From the NCBI GenBank assembly GCA_013043985.1, contig JABEVJ010000323.1, positions 1 through 38,086 on the forward strand: a stretch of 38,086 bases of DNA, read 5' to 3'. The stretch comes from Legionellales bacterium. Its GTDB lineage: Bacteria > Pseudomonadota > Gammaproteobacteria > UBA1113. Below, one piece after another: positions 37,644 through 38,086 of this stretch (within the stretch, counting starts at the first letter, position 1; every line of letters begins with the position of its first letter). The notes under the pieces are model-generated. The model had not been told where the DNA came from. It was given only the letters and a program-made list of their open reading frames with translations, and did no database searches. Position numbers and translations under genes: made by a program.

Positions 37644-37960
37644 TACTTCGGCATTGTCTTATCAATCTCATTTATCCAGCCCATGATACCGCCTTGTAAA
37701 TTAGCGACATGAGTAAAGCCCGCTGCAGCCATCATTTCAGCGGCGCGTTGACTACGTCCGCCCAGTTTACAATGAACTACATAGTGTTTGTTTTTATCAA
37801 GTTCGTTGAGTTTTTGAGGTAAAGTGCCAAGAGGGATAAGTGCGCCGCCTAAGTTACAGATTGCAAACTCATCCGGTTCACGGACATCAAGTAAAACAAA
37901 ATCAGCTTTTTCATCGCGCAGTTTTTTTAATTCCTGAGGGGTGACGATTTCAACGTTCAT
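37640..37960 (-). CDS. Single-domain rhodanese (sulfurtransferase)
   Basis: LLDVREPDEF and the active-site loop HCKLGGRS. Start at MNVEIV (AGGA upstream). The longer ORF-track start reads into a family-3 repeat. Confidence 0.8.
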   Translation of the reverse strand: MNVEIVTPQELKKLRDEKADFVLLDVREPDEFAICNLGGALIPLGTLPQKLNELDKNKHYVVHCKLGGRSQRAAEMMAAAGFTHVANLQGGIMGWINEIDKTMPKY

Positions 37961-37987
37961 CGTGTATGATTCCTTATGATTAATAAC

Positions 37988-38086
37988 TATACTCAACACA
38001 CATGAGTTTTCGGTTTTCTAACTTGCTATTTTACGCCAGAAGAAACGATTAAAACTGCACAATATGAATAACTATTGCTGGTTTTA
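37988..38086. repeat. Family-3 MITE-like element, diverged left end, cut by window edge
   Basis: tatactcaacacacatgagttttcggttttctaacttgctattttacgccagaagaaacgattaaaactgcacaatatgaataactattgc aligns with 30558-30655. Confidence 0.7.

Overview
AT-rich gammaproteobacterial chromosome segment. Gene order and repeat content suggest a Legionellales-like organism, but that is inference only. Most of the window is conserved housekeeping operons. These are udk-(PLP trans-sulfuration enzyme)-lnt on the minus strand, smrB / prmB-aroC-asd, and the 5' half of the dcw cluster (mraZ-rsmH-ftsL-ftsI-murE-murF-mraY). They continue with initiator tRNA-rimP-nusA-infB-rbfA-truB and ribF-ileS-lspA-fkpB. Accessory material is interleaved: a partial hipA, a GNAT/DUF1778 (TacAT-like) pair, a RelE/ParE-type pair, an orphan RHH antitoxin-like gene and a MITE-disrupted two-gene module. 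There is also a 465-aa orphan protein with a Pro/Gln/Ser/Tyr-rich tail, a second uridine-kinase paralog with a low-complexity tail, and a tandem pair of outer-membrane beta-barrel paralogs. The most striking signal is at least 13 copies or fragments of three families of palindromic, TA-flanked MITE-like repeats. One copy sits in frame inside the essential gene lnt (41 extra codons). One splits a small gene, and precise excision restores its ORF. Others fill intercistronic spacers exactly and end in GGAGTATA just upstream of start codons. No rRNA and no CRISPR array were seen. All protein calls rest on recognisable motifs in the supplied translations and on synteny, because no database search was possible.
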